Below are positions 60,081 to 64,000 of a DNA stretch of 64,000 nucleotides, one piece after another (positions within the stretch are counted from its first letter, which is position 1; each line of letters begins with the position of its first letter). The DNA is from a virus, in IMG/VR virus record IMGVR_UViG_3300045999_011383; one strand, written 5' to 3'. The position numbers and the translations under genes are program-made. The notes below the pieces were generated by a model, which was not told the DNA's origin, did not search any database, and was given only the letters and a program-made list of their open reading frames with translations.

Positions 60081-60480
60081 CTTTTGAAGTTGTAAATTGT
60101 ACAACATAAAAAGAAGTAAACGACGTAACCGACATCAACTAAAACAGCAACTAAGAAAATTAGATGCGATCGCACTTAAACAAATCCATAGCAGCTTGGG
60201 GGGATAAACCCGACATATCTAAGCTTTTAAGTAGATAGCCCAACGGGAAATACTGCTTTCTTGTTCTGATAAACCCACCAAAAAACAAAGTCCTTTAATT
60301 AAAGAAGCGATCGCGCTTATTCAAAAAGGATTGTCAATTTTAATAGAATTAATTTAGTTTTTAAAGCGCTCTTGACAGGGCGTTTTTTGTTGTTTAAAAA
60401 CTTAATTTAATTGTTGATTAATTGTTAATCAATGTGTTATACTAAATCAAGATTAAATTACTTTAGTTTGGGAAAGTAAA

Positions 60481-60999
60481 GTGACAACCAATCATTACGG
60501 AATGCCACAGACACGAGACAAGTGTTATGGCGTGGCTGCTTGTTTAAGTTATTGGGTTTTTAAATGCCGTGACAGGAAACGTAGTCCAGCCATGGGAACT
60601 AAAACCTGGACATATTTGGAATCTTCTATCAAGAATTGTGCAGAAATATCCACAAATTTAGAAGATTATCTACAAAATCTTTGTGATAAATTGATATCGC
60701 AATTAAGACCTGTAGAGCTAACCAAAATTATTCAACCAACTCAGAGAATACTGAGAATTAATGAAGATGCAACTGAAATCAAGGAACTACCAATAGATCG
60801 AAGTTTGGTTTTTATGGGGTGGCTTGACTTGCTTGCCGATATTGAACCCCACGGATTTAGTGAGTGGGACGTAATGGAATTGTTAAGAACAAAAACAGGA
60901 GTTATTCAAGTAATTTGTCGTCTGCGATTTGAAGAAGATAGAAGTGTGGGGCTTGATGAACCAGAAGAATTTATTGAGGTAGAGGTGACAAATGTTTGA
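60481..60999 (+). CDS. small helical protein, Cas11-like position in the Csf operon (172 aa; start uncertain)
   Basis: GTG start. 8-nt overlap with the Cas7-like gene. Size and predicted helical composition fit a small subunit. No motif proof. Confidence 0.35.
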   Translation: MTTNHYGMPQTRDKCYGVAACLSYWVFKCRDRKRSPAMGTKTWTYLESSIKNCAEISTNLEDYLQNLCDKLISQLRPVELTKIIQPTQRILRINEDATEIKELPIDRSLVFMGWLDLLADIEPHGFSEWDVMELLRTKTGVIQVICRLRFEEDRSVGLDEPEEFIEVEVTNV

Positions 61000-62125
61000 T
61001 AATTATAATATTTTTGACAGAGAGAAATTAACCCTGCATTGCTTAATCACGCTACAGACACCATTGAGCCATATAGGCGAAGTGTCTGGCAATGTTAGCA
61101 ATCTGAAAACTACTAAGTTATTGGACTTTGAAGGTAATCCTAGAAGTGTTTTTGTCTATTCTGGTAATGCAATCAGAAACGGTATTTTGCGCCGGGTAGG
61201 AGTGGCAGCAGCACTCACGGAATTAGGAATTAAGGTAAATCCAGATACTCACCATACAATGTTTGCTGGCGGGCGAATTGATGGGGGGACAGCTTCGGAT
61301 ATGGAACTGGATAAAAAGATCCGGGTCTTTATGCCTTGGCTATCAGTATTGGGAACAGCCAAACCCATAGGTGTTTTTGGGACTAAAGAAGCCCAGATGG
61401 TAGCTGGTAGAAGTAATATTGGCAGTGGTTATTTAGTCTGCTATGAGTCAGCAGAATACGTTTACAACCAACTCCCAGCAGTTTTACCACCGGAAATACA
61501 GCCAACTATGGCCTTATTAATTGAAGCTAAAACCAGACTTTCTTCCGACCCTTTTGTATCCACAAAATCAGAAGACTTAACTAACTGGAATCAAGCAAAA
61601 TCAGAATGTTTGCCACTGATCAAAAAAGCAATGAAAACATGGACTGAATACTTAACAATTGATCAGACAACTCGCAGAGATAGCACTTTAGATCCCAACT
61701 TACTCAAATTTCTACCATCAGAAGTACAAGCACAATTAACAGGTGATGGTAAAACTAAAGAAAAAACTAAATCAGATCAGATGATTGCGTCTGACAGGCT
61801 GATCATGCCCGGTGCTAAACTTTATTCTCGATGGGATCTAACTTGTACTCAAATAGAAGAGGGATGGATATTTGATACTTTACTCAAGTTTTCAGAATCA
61901 CCTTATATTGGTGGTAAAGGCAATCGTGGCAATGGCAGGGTTCATCTTGATTTCTGGTTTCAGTCTGACCATGAACGGGGGTTATTGTGTTCTCTGAAAG
62001 ATGGAATTATGGGAGATAGGTTTCTTAATTCCCATCAAAAATATCGGGAATATATCAATCAGTATCAGCAGTTTTTAAGTGAAGCAAAAACATCCAAGGA
62101 ATTAAGGAAGTTGTTAGGTGAATAA
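60992..62125 (+). CDS. Cas7-like RAMP (Csf2-like), 377 aa
   Basis: LTLHCLITLQTPLSHIGE, VYSGNAIRNGILRRVG, HTMFAGGR, C-terminal Gly-rich loop IGGKGNRGNGRVHL. Confidence 0.6.
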   Translation: MFDNYNIFDREKLTLHCLITLQTPLSHIGEVSGNVSNLKTTKLLDFEGNPRSVFVYSGNAIRNGILRRVGVAAALTELGIKVNPDTHHTMFAGGRIDGGTASDMELDKKIRVFMPWLSVLGTAKPIGVFGTKEAQMVAGRSNIGSGYLVCYESAEYVYNQLPAVLPPEIQPTMALLIEAKTRLSSDPFVSTKSEDLTNWNQAKSECLPLIKKAMKTWTEYLTIDQTTRRDSTLDPNLLKFLPSEVQAQLTGDGKTKEKTKSDQMIASDRLIMPGAKLYSRWDLTCTQIEEGWIFDTLLKFSESPYIGGKGNRGNGRVHLDFWFQSDHERGLLCSLKDGIMGDRFLNSHQKYREYINQYQQFLSEAKTSKELRKLLGE

Positions 62126-62804
62126 TTTAAAAGTCACTGCATATTTGTCTACACCGATTGGTGTCTATGACAATTGGAGTCCTTCTTTGGAGGGACTTCT
62201 TACCTATAGATTACTAGAAGAAAATAATCTATTGTCTCCCAATCCCACCGCAGAGCAAGTAGCAAAGGTTCAGAATTTTTTAGTAAATGAATTACCGCTT
62301 AAACAGAATACAATAATGAATGATAAGTATTTCTGTGTAAGTTCACCTTGCTATGTGGTTCAAGGTGAGGCTACTGATAAATATCGGAAAAGATGGGACA
62401 ATCACGAAAATAATCTGAACTGGGGAAAAAGAAAGCCTAAATTCTTGACGGGTGAAGGTGCAGAAAAGTCCTATGATTTACCGCTATACACTCGTTTAAC
62501 AAATAGTATTAGTTGGTTTGTAACAGGCGACAGAACCAAGATTGACGCTCTATTGTCACCTGTTACCCATATTCAGAAAAAACGAAGTTATGGCAATGGT
62601 GAAGTTAAGCAATGGCAACTAGAAATAGTTTATGACGACTATCATTTGTGGCGAGATAATAAACTAATGCGTCCTATGCCCGTGAAGTTAATATCACAAA
62701 AAATAGATAATCCTCAAATGATTTGGGGATGGAAAAGCCCGTCTTGGTTAGCAGAAAATAAAGAACTTTGTTATATGCCAAAGGACAATGTGATTTATGC
62801 TTAG
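62118..62804 (+). CDS. Cas5-like RAMP (Csf3-like), 228 aa
   Basis: KVTAYLSTPIGV...SPSLEGLLTYRL, C-terminal Gly-rich loop IQKKRSYGNGEVKQW. Confidence 0.55.
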   Translation: MNNLKVTAYLSTPIGVYDNWSPSLEGLLTYRLLEENNLLSPNPTAEQVAKVQNFLVNELPLKQNTIMNDKYFCVSSPCYVVQGEATDKYRKRWDNHENNLNWGKRKPKFLTGEGAEKSYDLPLYTRLTNSISWFVTGDRTKIDALLSPVTHIQKKRSYGNGEVKQWQLEIVYDDYHLWRDNKLMRPMPVKLISQKIDNPQMIWGWKSPSWLAENKELCYMPKDNVIYA

Positions 62805-63543
62805 TAATGGCTCTGGGGTTCAATACCCTTGGTTGAAAAAGAAAATTACTAAAGCTATTAATTTCATTAATCAGTGGCTAGAACAATGCAACTATCAGGT
62901 TTATGCAAGTATTTCCGGTGGTAAAGATAGCTTAGTAATGTCTCATTTGATCAGGAAAGTTTACCCTGATTGCCCGTTAGTTTGGGTAAATCAAGGGCTG
63001 TTAGCAGAATGGGATGATTGTATTGAATTATTGGAATACTTGAAAACTCAAAACTGGAACATTATTGAGCTTTGTCCAGTTCGTGATTTATGGCATTTAT
63101 ACATAGATCACGGAGTTCCGTTAGAGGGTACGATGGATACAAAAGTAGATAAATTAATCAACCAAAAATTGATTTATGATCCATTGCAAGAATACCAAGA
63201 AATCAACAATATCAAAGGGTACGCATGGGGAATAAGGAAGCAAGAAAGCAAAAACAGAGCATTTTATCTTAACAAGTACGGTGAAGTTCATGAACTAAAA
63301 AATGGGTTAATTTGTTGCTCGCCTATTGCTCACTGGACTACAGAAGAAATATGGCAGTACATAGATATGTACTCACTCAAATACCCAGCAATTTATGACA
63401 TTAACAAAATGACAGTCAGGAATGGTTGCCCGATTGGAACTACAGGAGCAAACTGGGGTAGATTAGCTGAATTAAAAAGATATTACCCCAATATTTACAA
63501 CCAATTTGTTGATAAATTCCCACAAATATCGAACTATGTCTAA
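62797..63543 (+). CDS. PAPS-reductase-family (CysH-like) PP-loop protein, 248 aa
   Basis: VYASISGGKDSLVMSHL (SGGxDS PP-loop), ...GIRKQESKNR..., CSPIAHWTTEEIWQYI. Confidence 0.75.
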   Translation: MLSNGSGVQYPWLKKKITKAINFINQWLEQCNYQVYASISGGKDSLVMSHLIRKVYPDCPLVWVNQGLLAEWDDCIELLEYLKTQNWNIIELCPVRDLWHLYIDHGVPLEGTMDTKVDKLINQKLIYDPLQEYQEINNIKGYAWGIRKQESKNRAFYLNKYGEVHELKNGLICCSPIAHWTTEEIWQYIDMYSLKYPAIYDINKMTVRNGCPIGTTGANWGRLAELKRYYPNIYNQFVDKFPQISNYV

Positions 63544-64000
63544 TTGCTACCTTTGCGCTAAACCAGCATCAAATCCACTAGAATTATCCAATACTTTCAC
63601 CATGCACTCATCGGCTAAGTGTCCAGACTCTAAGCTGCTGTGCGATCGCTGCTATTCTACAATTTCTGGTAATCAAAAGCAGTTATGGTATTGGAATGAA
63701 GGTAAAAATAAGTGGTCAAAACTGTGGGGACGATCTTTGTCCAGGGTGTACCAAGGCGATACTTTAATAGCACCAATAATTAAAGGCACTCACACTGAAG
63801 GCAAAGATACTTTCAGTGTGGTTAGAAACTTATTGACGCGGGTAGAAATCAGGGAATATTTATTAAATCCTCCTGAGCCACCGTTCACTATCGCTATAGC
63901 AGAATCAGGACAAAAACACATTATCCCATGGGCATTAGAAGCGCGTAGCTGTAACTTTTTTCCAATTCAATTTGAGTTAGACACGGTTTATATTGACAAC
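63536..64000 (+). CDS. zinc-finger protein, Csf1 (Cas8-like)-type candidate; 3' end beyond window
   Basis: Own translation, open to the window end: MSNCYLCAKPASNPLELSNTFTMHSSAKCPDSKLLCDRCYSTISGNQKQLWYWNEG...IAIAESGQKHIIPWALEAR... CxxC-x28-CxxC. 8-nt overlap with the CysH-like gene. Confidence 0.45.
   Translation, partial: MSNCYLCAKPASNPLELSNTFTMHSSAKCPDSKLLCDRCYSTISGNQKQLWYWNEGKNKWSKLWGRSLSRVYQGDTLIAPIIKGTHTEGKDTFSVVRNLLTRVEIREYLLNPPEPPFTIAIAESGQKHIIPWALEARSCNFFPIQFELDTVYIDN

Larger units (their letters stand above)
1..64000. mobile_element. siphovirus-like phage (or prophage) genome segment
   Basis: Contiguous capsid/tail module, terminase, primase-helicase and early cassettes. The same promoter/upstream-element family recurs from 25 kb to 60 kb. 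No integrase or att seen, so free phage versus prophage is unresolved. Confidence 0.85.

Noticed and set aside
1-64000. Calling the window an integrated prophage with host flanks (dnaN, tmk and thyA-like as host genes)
   Set aside because: The host-like genes are each flanked by phage-type promoters or cassettes. The early-type upstream element reappears at 60 kb. No integrase, att repeats or tRNA were seen. The prophage/free phage status therefore cannot be decided from this window.

Overview
This AT-rich window reads as one continuous siphovirus-type phage or prophage segment with cyanobacterial-looking auxiliary genes (dnaN, tmk). I saw no integrase, att site, tRNA or rRNA. 1-22.6 kb (minus strand) is the late structural operon: prohead protease/scaffold, a decoration-like protein, major capsid, head-tail adaptors, tail tube and chaperones. 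It ends in a giant tape-measure ORF of at least 4942 aa that starts at 14826 and runs off the left edge; the ORF track omits it, presumably because it has no stop in the window. 22.7-25 kb holds an XRE regulator and the large terminase. 25-50 kb is an early/middle region built from many small promoter-ORF-terminator cassettes that share one promoter family. It also carries a primase-helicase, dTMP kinase, an R-S-E ADP-ribosyltransferase, a ParB-methyltransferase, KilA-N, HNH-like paralogs, several regulators and a TM/P-loop NTPase cluster. 51-54.9 kb holds dnaN, a ThyA-like enzyme and an AAA+ ATPase. 54.95-58.4 kb holds a 16 x 37-nt CRISPR array and a 624-aa TnpB-like type V effector with an intact RuvC triad and no adaptation genes. 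60.5-64 kb is a translationally coupled operon (small helical protein, Cas7-like, Cas5-like, CysH-like, zinc-finger Csf1-like) that reads as an arrayless type IV-B-like module. The main lead is a miniature type V locus and an arrayless type IV-B-like module 4.3 kb apart on a phage. All family assignments come from motifs read by eye and need profile or structure searches.
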